The notes beneath the pieces were generated by a model, which was not told the DNA's origin, did not search any database, and saw nothing but the letters and a program-made list of their open reading frames with translations. Positions 46,877 to 56,455 of a DNA stretch of 64,000 nt are shown here, piece after piece. A program made the translations under genes and the position numbers. The stretch lies in NCBI GenBank assembly GCA_965262815.1, contig OZ253560.1:2547287-2611286 (forward strand), read 5' to 3'. Positions within the stretch are counted from its first letter, which is position 1; every line of letters begins with the position of its first letter. This stretch comes from a bacterium (lineage in GTDB: Bacteria; JAAXHH01).

Positions 46877-47962
46877 CTATGCGCGCACAGAAACAAACCC
46901 AAAAGCTTCTACTATGGTGTTTGCGATCCCCTCAGCAAGTGGTGGTGGCACAGCGTCAGAAACCAAACGGACTTGTTCTGTAAATGTTCCCTCTAGCTGG
47001 TACGAATGTGTGAAGCCTTGAAGCAACATGGCTTCATAGACTGACAGACGCCTATGACAGTTAGGATGGACATGAACTTCGTTATGCCCGTATGCAACGG
47101 TGTAGCTGGGAGCATCCCATGACAGGACCTTGAAACTCAGACCATTGCTGCTACCTGCCAACAGACTACCGTTTGTAAATCTCGGGGACCGTGGAACCAT
47201 CGCGACATGGTTAGGATGATGCGGAATGTTTTTTGGCTCGAGCTTCTTTGCACAAAACGTAGGTTCAGGAAGGTTCTTAATAGCATTCTCAATCGCAGGG
47301 GGCGGATGACAATTCCCATCTAGTAGTCGAAGTTCAGTTTCCGGATGACGATTTCTATTTACCCCAACAGCGATCAGCCTCTTGCGATGCTGCGGCACAC
47401 CAAATGTCCCAGCATCCAGAATATTACTCATAACTTCGAACCCGGCTTGCCTAACTTCTTCCTTGAATTCACAAAAAGCTGTCTTGTGCTTAACGTGAAT
47501 GAGGCCAGGTACGTTTTCGAATACGAAGAAACCGATATCATAACGCTTTGCAAACGCGTTAATGATGCTGGCGTAACTGTCCAGCAATTTGCGTCTAGGA
47601 TCGTTTTCAGCTTGGTGGACATTAGATGAAGAAAAGGCTTGGCACGGTGGTCCTCCGATTATCCCTATAGGTTCCAGACCTTCAGCACAGTCTTCCCACA
47701 AATCTAGGATGGTCGTTGGCTCTACCGCAGCCAGATCAATAGAGCTGACCATGGTATTGGGGTGGTTACGCTTATAGGTTGCGATGGCAGCACGGTCAAT
47801 ATCGATTGCTAGAACTGGATGGAAACCTACCTTTTCAAAACCATGATCTAGCCCTCCTGCGCCACAGAACAGACTCATTACGGGCCAGCGGCCAACGGAT
47901 TTGGGAGAATTAGCGGGTTTTATCGAGCTCTCGGCGTAGTCCAAGAGATTCTCCTTCGTCAT
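46877..47962 (-). CDS. DNA (cytosine-5)-methyltransferase (druM-like)
   Basis: Motif I FCGAGG, motif IV GGPPCQAFS, motif VI ENVPGL and motif VIII QHRKRLIAVG. Confidence 0.9.
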   Translation of the reverse strand: MTKENLLDYAESSIKPANSPKSVGRWPVMSLFCGAGGLDHGFEKVGFHPVLAIDIDRAAIATYKRNHPNTMVSSIDLAAVEPTTILDLWEDCAEGLEPIGIIGGPPCQAFSSSNVHQAENDPRRKLLDSYASIINAFAKRYDIGFFVFENVPGLIHVKHKTAFCEFKEEVRQAGFEVMSNILDAGTFGVPQHRKRLIAVGVNRNRHPETELRLLDGNCHPPPAIENAIKNLPEPTFCAKKLEPKNIPHHPNHVAMVPRSPRFTNGSLLAGSSNGLSFKVLSWDAPSYTVAYGHNEVHVHPNCHRRLSVYEAMLLQGFTHSYQLEGTFTEQVRLVSDAVPPPLAEGIANTIVEAFGFVSVRA

Positions 47963-48974
47963 TTTAAGGCGTTAATCTGATCTTGGCAATATGTCTACAA
48001 GTCCGAATTAGACGATCATTTCCAATCACTGTTTTTCTTAAAGCTCATCTAACGGCTGGGACAAGAGCTTCTACTTGTCGATATAGTGTATGCATTACAG
48101 CCTCGAAGAGAGAAGTATCATATACCATACGTCTGAGGTACTGTTCCCAAGTAACTCACACATCGCTAAAACTTGGATATGGCAGAACTGCCCGGTTCAG
48201 TGAATTGGACCCCACACTGTACACTTCTCATGCAACAACGAGTTGACCCCAGTTAAGTCCATATGGTCCCTGCACGTACCAACATCTTACCACAAGTCTT
48301 AGTAGTCGCACACACTTGCATAGATTCCATGGTGTATTTCGAGGACATCGTGCAGATAAACTATAGGCTGCCTCTTGAAGCAGTGAAGCCCACTCGACCA
48401 GAATACCCTGAGCAAGCGGGGAAGACGGCCGTGCATGACAGGTAAGCTCTCGACTACCACCAATCATTTGTCTCCGCCGTAGTATTCATGTAAGTGCGGT
48501 AGTCCATGGTCATCAAAATACTAACGTATGACAATTCTATAGAAACAATAGAGTTCAGGGATTCTCATCATGAGGTCGCGCACCCAGCACTACTTGCGAT
48601 ATTGACTTGCCAGAAAGTTGTTTGTAAAAAGCATTCGGGTAGGATTCAATATCTTCTCCCCAAGCCCCAGACGGGGTTATACGTGGTGTTACAAAGCAAC
48701 CGCAGTCGTTCCACGCTATGGACACACCACATCTTGGTAGATATAACAGATCATCGTATCCCGCAGTACTGTCCGAGTACCTGAGCCATTTACGATATCC
48801 TTCTCGCGTTTACGCCTCGGTTGCCCGGATCATTTTTTACCACCTGGTTCGTTCATTTACAGGCTTTTCGAATCTGCCGTCGTCGCAGTGTTCCTATTTC
48901 AGACGAGAGTATTACTGCCCGATGCCGACGGCACAACAAATAGGCTGAAAGGGAAGCTCTGGCGAGAAGGACAC

Positions 48975-50675
48975 CTACCGCCGTATATACAGATCCGTAA
49001 TCGTAGAGTTGTCGATGAAGAAGGGTTCCTGACCCATGGAGTCCTTTTGCCAGCCCGCCAGCCAGGGTTTGCGGAGCTGCAGGAAGTAGTCGTGGTACAG
49101 GAACACGCCGCCCACGTCTTCGACCAGGATCCGTTCCGCCTCGTTGTACATCTCGAATCGGCGTTCCTCGTCGGTTTCCCTCGCCGCCTCATCAATGAGC
49201 CGGTCGAACTCTGCGTTCATCCAGTCGTGACGCCCCGCTCCCACGGGCTGAGAGTGCCAGACCATGCCAAGGAGGTTGTGCGGATCGGGGAAATCGAACA
49301 TGAAGGGGATCATGCTGAAGTCGATCCGGTACTGGGCCATGGCTTCGCTGTAGACCCGGTTCTCCATGTTCCGTACGCCCACTTTAAGGCCCAGGTTGTT
49401 GGAAAGCATGCCCGATATGGCCTCGGCGGCCATGATCCGGTATGGATCGTTCCGCAGCCAGATATCCACGGACGGGAACCTCCTTCCGTTAGGGTATCCT
49501 GCCTCCGCCAACAGGCGCCTGGCCAGTTCTGGATCGAATCGCTGCACATCTTTCAACTTATCACCTGAATAACCTGGAAAACCCGGCGGAAGCATGGTGT
49601 ACGCGGGCAGGGCCGTACCCCGGAGCACGATATTGCAGAGTGCGTCCCGGTCGATAGCGTGGCTGATGGCCTGTCGCACCCTGTGGTCACTGAAAACGCC
49701 TTCGCGCGTCCGGAAGAAAAGGTAGATGGCATTGAAATCCATGTACTTGTGCAGTTCGGAACTCAGCTCAGGATCTCCCTCGACGCGGTTGAGATCCCGC
49801 ACGTCGATCTGCACCAGGTCCAGTTCGTCGTTCTCGTAGGATAGGAGCCCGGTGTTGCCCTGGTTCTTGAAGATGGAGTGGATCTCCGATAAATAACCCT
49901 TCACCGGCCCGTTGTAAAATGTGTCAAGGGATAGCGTGAGGCGCTCGCCGATACGCCAGCCTTCGACCTTGTAGGAGGAGTTACTGACGACGTTTTCGTC
50001 GCTCGCCCAGCGAGGACCGAATCTCTCCACCTGCCAGCGCGGTACGGGAATCGACGTGAAAAACGCCGCTATCATCGGCAGGTAGGGGCAGGGGCCCTCG
50101 GTCTCGATCACGAGGGTCATGTCATCCTCCGCGTACACGCCCACCGAGCTAGGATCGGTGTTCTGCCCCGTGTTGAACGCCCGGGCGCCCTTGATATTGT
50201 AGTAGAAAAAGGCGTACCCGCTGCCCGATGCGGGGTCCAGCATGCGCTTGTAGCTGTATTCGAAATCGTGGGCCGTCACCGGCCGGCCGTCGCTCCACCG
50301 GGCGCCGGACCGCATCTGAAAAGTCCAGCGGGTCTGGTCCTCCGACGAAGTCCATTCGGAAGCGGCGCCGGGGATCACGCGGTTGTTGTGGTCCAGCATG
50401 GTCAGACGTTCGAAGAGGAAGACGATGCCGCCCACCTCGTAGATGGCCATGCCGATGTCCAGATTGGTCGGTTCGTCGTTCAGAAAACGGAAAACCTGGC
50501 GGTCCGGGGGCGCCGCATCCGCGGGCATCGCCTTGCCGACTGCGTTGCGCACCTGCGCTTCCGGGTGACTTGTAAACACGGAGAGGCCGCAGATCGTCAG
50601 AAGCAGCGCAGTTACAAGTATGGCAGCATATTTCATGTGTGTTACCACCGCGTTATGAGTATTCAGCCTCATCAT
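48975..50675 (-). CDS. ABC transporter substrate-binding protein, family 5 (paralogue of 24315-26102)
   Basis: 566 aa with a signal peptide (likely start at Met14, MKYAAILVTALLL). Shares blocks with the other SBP (…WSDGRPVTAHDFE… / …NYDFPDPH…). No transporter partners. Confidence 0.7.
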   Translation of the reverse strand: MMRLNTHNAVVTHMKYAAILVTALLLTICGLSVFTSHPEAQVRNAVGKAMPADAAPPDRQVFRFLNDEPTNLDIGMAIYEVGGIVFLFERLTMLDHNNRVIPGAASEWTSSEDQTRWTFQMRSGARWSDGRPVTAHDFEYSYKRMLDPASGSGYAFFYYNIKGARAFNTGQNTDPSSVGVYAEDDMTLVIETEGPCPYLPMIAAFFTSIPVPRWQVERFGPRWASDENVVSNSSYKVEGWRIGERLTLSLDTFYNGPVKGYLSEIHSIFKNQGNTGLLSYENDELDLVQIDVRDLNRVEGDPELSSELHKYMDFNAIYLFFRTREGVFSDHRVRQAISHAIDRDALCNIVLRGTALPAYTMLPPGFPGYSGDKLKDVQRFDPELARRLLAEAGYPNGRRFPSVDIWLRNDPYRIMAAEAISGMLSNNLGLKVGVRNMENRVYSEAMAQYRIDFSMIPFMFDFPDPHNLLGMVWHSQPVGAGRHDWMNAEFDRLIDEAARETDEERRFEMYNEAERILVEDVGGVFLYHDYFLQLRKPWLAGWQKDSMGQEPFFIDNSTITDLYIRR

Positions 50676-50691
50676 GGGGTATTCAGCCGCG

Positions 50692-51690
50692 TCACGGGCG
50701 TTCCGACCGCTCCAGGTTCAGCCTGGCCATCTCTTGGTCCGACAGTTTCGTCTGCAGCGATTGCATATTCGCAGAGATCTCATCGCCGCTTCGGCCACCG
50801 ACGAGAGCGAAGATATTGAGCGGCTGGCTGAGCACATAGGCCAGGGCGACCTGCGGTATGGACAGTCCCTTTTCGCCTGCCATCTGGCCGACGCGGTCCA
50901 GCCGTTCGAAGTTGTCTTCCGTACAATACGCCCTGACGGCGCTCTCGTCAAATACACCTTCCTCGACCAGGGAATCATAGTTCTCCCGATTCACCCGGCC
51001 GGAGAAGAACCCGTTGGCGATACTGGACCAAGTAAACAGCGGCATCTGGTTCTCGAGGTACCAGGTCCGTGCAGCATCCCCCTCGGCCCCGCTGATGCTG
51101 ATACATCCCGTCCACGGCGGTTCGGCCTGTTCGGCCAGGCTGAAATTAGGACTGCTCACCGTGAAGGGCTGCTGCCCACTGGTAGCGGCGTAGAGATTGG
51201 CCCTTTCGATCCGCTCATGGGTCCAGTTGGAACCCCCGATCACACCCAGGTTTCCGGCGCCTATATAGTGATTCAGGGTATCTACGATCGGCCCTACAGG
51301 TACCCGCAGGTCATCCCGGTGCAACAGGTAAAGATCGATGTAGTCCGTGTACAGCCGGGCCAGAGAATCGTGCAGGTCCGACGAAATATCGAAGGGCGTC
51401 ACACGATCGCGGTCCGTGTTCATATGGCAACACTTGGTCAGGATGACCACTTCCTTGCGAACACCACGGTCTTTGATCCATCTTCCCAGAACCCGCTCGC
51501 AATCACCGCCGCCGTAAAGATGGGCGCTGTCGAACGTGTTGATACCGGCCTCGAACACCTGGTCCAACAGGTCAAAGCTGTATTCTTCTTCGGCGGAACT
51601 CAACATGATCGTGCCCTGTACCAGGCGCGACACGGGCTTGTCTACATTGGGAATGTTGCCGTACTCCATATTTGCTCCTTCAGGATTCAC
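50692..51690 (-). CDS. aldo/keto reductase
   Basis: 332 aa with AKR motifs (…INTFDSAHLYGGG… / …ILTKC…). Confidence 0.7.
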   Translation of the reverse strand: MNPEGANMEYGNIPNVDKPVSRLVQGTIMLSSAEEEYSFDLLDQVFEAGINTFDSAHLYGGGDCERVLGRWIKDRGVRKEVVILTKCCHMNTDRDRVTPFDISSDLHDSLARLYTDYIDLYLLHRDDLRVPVGPIVDTLNHYIGAGNLGVIGGSNWTHERIERANLYAATSGQQPFTVSSPNFSLAEQAEPPWTGCISISGAEGDAARTWYLENQMPLFTWSSIANGFFSGRVNRENYDSLVEEGVFDESAVRAYCTEDNFERLDRVGQMAGEKGLSIPQVALAYVLSQPLNIFALVGGRSGDEISANMQSLQTKLSDQEMARLNLERSERP

Positions 51691-52669
51691 CGGGATACTT
51701 CAAACCGATTTCCGATCGGACGTCATCCAGCGTCCTCAGTATGGCCAGCGTCTCGTCCAGGGGAAGTGTCTTGCTTTCCAGTCTACCTTCCCGCAGGCAT
51801 CGGCCCACTTCCTCGATTTCGTATTTAAAACCGTTTTCCGCCCGCGTTGGTTCGGCTGTGACGGGCTCCTCACCGTCCATGTTCAGCGTCGCGACATACG
51901 CGTCATAGAACGGCGTTGGAATACGGATGCTACCCCTTGTCCCCAGAATCGAAACTGCCCGGGGCGTATCGATCCGCACGGTGCAGATCAGGGAGGCCAT
52001 GGCGCCTGAATCATAGCGAAAGGCCATGGTGGTTTGCTCATCGACACCGGTCTCACCTATATCCGCCAGTGCCGTGACACGGGACGGTTGTTTACCGAAA
52101 ACCATCGAAGCCAGCGAGGTGACGTAAACGCCGATGTCCAGGAGGGCTCCCCCGCCCAGTTTCCGATTCAGCAGGCGGCCTTCGGGATTGTATTGCGCGC
52201 GGAATCCGAAATCGGCCATCATCATGCGCACCTCGCCGATCGCATCTTCGGCGAGCCACTGACGGACCTGCGCGATAGCGGGTATAAACCGTGTCCACAT
52301 GGCCTCCATGAGAAACAGGCCTCTGTCCCGTGCACAGCGGACCATGTTCTCCGCTTCCCGTGCGTTAAGCGCGAAGGGTTTTTCGCAGAGGACGGCCTTG
52401 TCCGCGTTCAGGCAGAGCAATGTATTCTCGCAGTGCATGGGGTGGGGGGTGGACACGTAGATCGCGTCGACCTCGGGGTCTTCTGCCAGGGACTGGTAGG
52501 ATGCGTGTCTTCGGGGCACTTCGAATTCGTCTCCGAAGACGTCCGCCGTGGCTTGAGCCCGCGATCCCACTGCTGCCAGTTCGGCGTCGGGTACGGCCCT
52601 TAGCCCATCGGCGAACTTATGGGCGATGCTTCCCGTTCCTAGTATGCCCCATCGTATTGTTCCAGACAT
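51680..52669 (-). CDS. Gfo/Idh/MocA family NAD(P)-dependent oxidoreductase
   Basis: N-terminal Rossmann fold IRWGILGTGSIAHKF and …EKPFALN…. Confidence 0.75.
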   Translation of the reverse strand: MSGTIRWGILGTGSIAHKFADGLRAVPDAELAAVGSRAQATADVFGDEFEVPRRHASYQSLAEDPEVDAIYVSTPHPMHCENTLLCLNADKAVLCEKPFALNAREAENMVRCARDRGLFLMEAMWTRFIPAIAQVRQWLAEDAIGEVRMMMADFGFRAQYNPEGRLLNRKLGGGALLDIGVYVTSLASMVFGKQPSRVTALADIGETGVDEQTTMAFRYDSGAMASLICTVRIDTPRAVSILGTRGSIRIPTPFYDAYVATLNMDGEEPVTAEPTRAENGFKYEIEEVGRCLREGRLESKTLPLDETLAILRTLDDVRSEIGLKYPGES

Positions 52670-52696
52670 GTTCGCTCCATGTGTTGGATGCCCGCT

Positions 52697-53887
52697 TCAG
52701 ATGACTGTAATCGCGCTCCGGGCCAGCTCGTCCCAGTCCGGTTCGAGCGCTGGACGGTCGCTCCAGGCGATCGACATGGCGCCGTTTTCCACGACGAGCG
52801 TGCCCCGGCAGTCGAGTTCCCCGTCGGGCGGACGCGGCCGCAGTCCCATGTAGGCCTCGAATACGGGGTCGTTGCCGATGGCCAGGATGACGTGGGGATC
52901 CCCGCCGTGGACCTCCACGCCGAAGCTTTCGGCCAACTGGGCTTGTTTGACCTGACCCGTGATGCCGATTCCGCGCTGCCGTACGATATCGGCGGCCTGC
53001 ATGGCCAGGTACGGCGCCGTATTGTACGGCTGCCCGCCGATGGCCCCGATCCACTCCAGGGTCAGGACCGGGAGGTCCAGGGTGGCGCACAGTTTCTTCA
53101 ACCCCATGATGTCGTAGTCCTGCAGCGGCTCTTCGATCCACCGGTAACGACACTTCTCCATGATGCGTCCGATTTTCACGGCTTCTTCGTACGTGTAGGA
53201 CTCGACGGGGTCGTGAAAGAGCATGATTTCGTCACCAAGCGCCTCCCGAAGCTTGACGGCCATCTCCCCGTTGGTCTTCACCCCCCGGTAGGAATGGTCC
53301 TTGCAGCCGATGAAGTCCTCTTCTTCGACCCGCTTCACCGCGTTGGCCACCAAGTCGTCGATGGTCCGGCCGCCGACGTTACAGTAGGCGGGAACGCTCT
53401 CCCTGCATGCGCCCAGCAGTTTGTAGATGGGAAAGCAGGCGCTTCGGCTTGCCAGGTCCCACAACATCCGGTCGACGGTTTCCAGTAACCCTCTTCCCGT
53501 GTACATGAAGCGCTGGGCCATCCAGAACCGCTGCCAGACGTATTCCCGGTCGAAGGCATCCACGCCGATGAGCATGTGGGCGTACCGGGCCAGGAACGCT
53601 TTGCCCTGCCATTCCAGTTCCCGGGGATCGAATCCGGTGGCATAGTCGGCATAGGCATCCAGGTCGCCATCGGTTACGAGCCGGATCAACAGGCGGTAGG
53701 TCGGCTCGGGTCCATCCCCCTCGAAAGAAAATCCATCCGGCGCGTCGGCGCCGAATCCCTGGTCGTGGGTGAACAGTCCCGAGATGCCTGGCGGCACGGG
53801 AGCCATGTTGCCCCGGTCCCCGCAACGCTCCCGCCGCGTCTCGGGTTCACCCTTCAACACATAGCATTTAACGTCGCGGATCTCCAT
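52697..53887 (-). CDS. enolase-superfamily (mandelate racemase/muconate lactonizing enzyme-like) protein
   Basis: 396 aa with …DRMLWDLASRS… capping-domain and barrel motifs. Confidence 0.6.
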   Translation of the reverse strand: MEIRDVKCYVLKGEPETRRERCGDRGNMAPVPPGISGLFTHDQGFGADAPDGFSFEGDGPEPTYRLLIRLVTDGDLDAYADYATGFDPRELEWQGKAFLARYAHMLIGVDAFDREYVWQRFWMAQRFMYTGRGLLETVDRMLWDLASRSACFPIYKLLGACRESVPAYCNVGGRTIDDLVANAVKRVEEEDFIGCKDHSYRGVKTNGEMAVKLREALGDEIMLFHDPVESYTYEEAVKIGRIMEKCRYRWIEEPLQDYDIMGLKKLCATLDLPVLTLEWIGAIGGQPYNTAPYLAMQAADIVRQRGIGITGQVKQAQLAESFGVEVHGGDPHVILAIGNDPVFEAYMGLRPRPPDGELDCRGTLVVENGAMSIAWSDRPALEPDWDELARSAITVI

Positions 53888-53917
53888 GGGATTTCCTTGT
53901 CCGCATTGCGGCCCGAC

Positions 53918-54925
53918 TCAGGTTTCGATCCGTTCCAGGGTGCTTTCCACAACGGCGTCCAGGTCGAGATCCATGCCGAGGCCCGGCGCATCGGGAAGCT
54001 CGACGAAACCGTCGTGTGACCGCAACGTATTTCGGACGAATGGCGAAGCGTTCTCGCGGCCCGTCATCTCCAGAAAAGGAGTATTCCTGAGTGCGCCCGC
54101 GAGATGGAGATGGGCATATCCGTCACAGATCCCGAAACCGTCCAGGTGGCTGAAGGCTCCGAAGGCCTCGGCGCAGCGGGTGGACTTCAGCGCATCCGTA
54201 AAACCACCCGCACGGTGCACGCTGGTTCGAATGTGATCGGCGGACTGGCTCGCCATGACCTGTGCCGCTTCCATGGGGCTGGATACTCCCGAGTTGGTCG
54301 GTGTATCTATTTCACTGGCCACCTGTCTTCCACCGGCGTGATCGTTGTCGGGGCGCGGCCGGTCGAAACAGAAATAGTCCGCGTCGTCGAGCGCCCTGCC
54401 GATGCGTATCGCCTCGTCGATCATGCAGCGGGTTCTGCCGTCGAGCATCAGGGGGAATTCCGGCCCCACGGCCGCGCGAACCTCGCTAACCAGTTGGATG
54501 AGCGACGCTTCGTCGGAAAAGGCACCAAACCGATAGGCCTTGAATCCGGCGCACCGGGCCTCTTTCGCTTCCCGTACGATATCCTGCGCGGTGGCCCCCT
54601 CCGTAGCAACCTGGCAGACCGGAACGCGGTCTCGAAACCCGTTGATGTGCCTGAACAGCGACCGGCCCGACATCTTCGCGCAAAGGTCCCACAGGGCGAC
54701 GTCGATCCCGGCGCGAAGACCCGGAGAAAGTCCACCGTCCAGTTCCTTCAATGCCCACCAGGTACGTTCACGGTCCAGGGGATTGGCATTGAGCAGAATG
54801 GGAGACACGCCGTCCAGGTCGGATTCCGTGGAAGTGATCCCCGTACAGTGCCCCTCCGGACCCGCGTCGGTCAGGATACGCAGGAGACCCGCGGGCTGGT
54901 GCAGGACGATTCGGGAAATGATCAT
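53918..54925 (-). CDS. enolase-superfamily (MR/MLE-like) protein
   Basis: 335 aa with …GIDVALWDLCAKMSG…. Confidence 0.6.
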   Translation of the reverse strand: MIISRIVLHQPAGLLRILTDAGPEGHCTGITSTESDLDGVSPILLNANPLDRERTWWALKELDGGLSPGLRAGIDVALWDLCAKMSGRSLFRHINGFRDRVPVCQVATEGATAQDIVREAKEARCAGFKAYRFGAFSDEASLIQLVSEVRAAVGPEFPLMLDGRTRCMIDEAIRIGRALDDADYFCFDRPRPDNDHAGGRQVASEIDTPTNSGVSSPMEAAQVMASQSADHIRTSVHRAGGFTDALKSTRCAEAFGAFSHLDGFGICDGYAHLHLAGALRNTPFLEMTGRENASPFVRNTLRSHDGFVELPDAPGLGMDLDLDAVVESTLERIET

Positions 54926-56187
54926 GGGAGTTTAGGGCGGTTTCTGAGCGGAAATACCGGCCTCTCGCGCTGTTGTTCCGTAAGGGGTCGGCAGCCGCCT
55001 TCTGTAACGACCACGGACTGTTCCAGGTGCAGTGACCCTACCCCCGCCAGGCTCAGCGGCGCTTCTATATTGAGCACCATGTCTTTTTCAATCGCTAAAT
55101 CGGAAGGGATGTCCACGCAGTCATCCGTGATCCGAAGACCGCTGTCCGGCGCGAGGACGGGGTAGTCCCTCACTTCCATGCCGACCCCATGCCCGTGGGG
55201 GTACATGTCCAGGCCTGCTTCGTCCACGACTCCCTGCATCGCCGCCTGCACCAACGAGGCATTTACGCCGGGTCGTATCATGGCCAGGCCGGCGTCCATG
55301 GATGCGCGAAGCACGTCGAAACGGCTCTGCATGTCGTTGGAGAGCGGACCCATGGCGAAAGTGGTCCCGGTGTCCGAATAGCAGGAGCGATAACGGCACC
55401 CCCAGTCCACGTATTCCACCTCGGAGTCGCCGAGCGTGAAGTCCGTTTCCGTCGCGATACCGAGTCCGTGGCACCCGAAGGCGAAATGATCCAGGTCCGC
55501 CCCCCGGTTTCCAAGCTCCGCCCTGAACCGGTGGATGACCTCCTGTACGTTCTCCCCCGGACTCGCCTGTTCCATGGCCGTCATGGCCGCCACTTCGCTG
55601 ATTTCGGCTGCCTGTGTAAGCCGGTCGATTTCGTCCCGGGTCTTGACCATGCGAAGCAGCCGGATGAGGTTGGAACAGTCCAGCAGGCGCGCGTCGGGCA
55701 GAGCCTGTCGGAGTTGGTCGTAGCGGGCTGCTGTCATGCCGTCCGCTTCCACGCCCAGTGTTCCCCCGGAAAGGCCGCGGTCGATTAAGGCGCCCACAAG
55801 CGCATCGGTGGTCGTGCCGCAATCCGGCGCGTTCTTCAAGAGGGTGTACATCCGGTGCATCCGGTCGGACAACTGCTTCGGCGCCAAGGACCAGTCCAGC
55901 CCGGCCGCGCCGCTGATCCTCAGGTCACGCACCCACAGGTCTACGCCGTTGACAGCCAGCATTGAACTGGTCACCATCAAGGCAGGCTCCCCATCGAAGG
56001 GAAACAGCGCGTATCCCTGCGCAATATCCGGCGAACCGCCGGGCTTGACCATGTACTCCTTCATGAGCGCGTCGATCCAGATGAAATAGTCCGTGAAATA
56101 AGTGATATTCACGGGCGAAGTCGCGATCAGTGCGTCGAGACCGCAATCCCGCATATACTCCCTGGCCCGTTCGACGTTGAAGAGCAT
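54922..56187 (-). CDS. M24-family metallopeptidase (Xaa-Pro dipeptidase/creatinase-like)
   Basis: 421 aa: creatinase-N-like domain plus pita-bread fold (…HGHGVGMEVRD…). Confidence 0.65.
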   Translation of the reverse strand: MLFNVERAREYMRDCGLDALIATSPVNITYFTDYFIWIDALMKEYMVKPGGSPDIAQGYALFPFDGEPALMVTSSMLAVNGVDLWVRDLRISGAAGLDWSLAPKQLSDRMHRMYTLLKNAPDCGTTTDALVGALIDRGLSGGTLGVEADGMTAARYDQLRQALPDARLLDCSNLIRLLRMVKTRDEIDRLTQAAEISEVAAMTAMEQASPGENVQEVIHRFRAELGNRGADLDHFAFGCHGLGIATETDFTLGDSEVEYVDWGCRYRSCYSDTGTTFAMGPLSNDMQSRFDVLRASMDAGLAMIRPGVNASLVQAAMQGVVDEAGLDMYPHGHGVGMEVRDYPVLAPDSGLRITDDCVDIPSDLAIEKDMVLNIEAPLSLAGVGSLHLEQSVVVTEGGCRPLTEQQRERPVFPLRNRPKLP

Positions 56188-56455
56188 CTGGTATCGTTTC
56201 GGAGGGTGGGGAATTCAGTGCTTCGGAACCGCTGTCCGCGGTACATCCTGGCGCGTCAGAGGCAATAAGATAATGAACCCATCCAGTATAGAAATGCCCC
56301 CAGGTAATGTCAACGTCCTATTCAGAATTCGAGCGCACCATATCGGCCTCGCAATGCCATCTTTCTCTTGACAAAAGGGCCGCGATAGGATTACTAGGAC
56401 TTGCGACCGGAATCGTAATCGTACCCCTCCAAAACCCCGACAAACGTACGCCTCA

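Noticed and set aside
36102-47962. Alternative call: DISARM class 2 (drmE-A-B-C-MII)
   Set aside because: DISARM needs a PLD-domain gene and separate helicase and DUF1998 proteins. Here there is no PLD, and helicase plus DUF1998 are fused in one ~1900-aa protein, which fits Druantia DruE better. This is still an inference without an HMM search.
47963-48974. Possible tRNA, integrase or att site at the right island edge
   Set aside because: No cloverleaf-compatible segment, no integrase-like ORF (only short composition-poor ORFs at 48506-48948) and no obvious direct repeat matching the left edge. Left as an unexplained non-coding kilobase.
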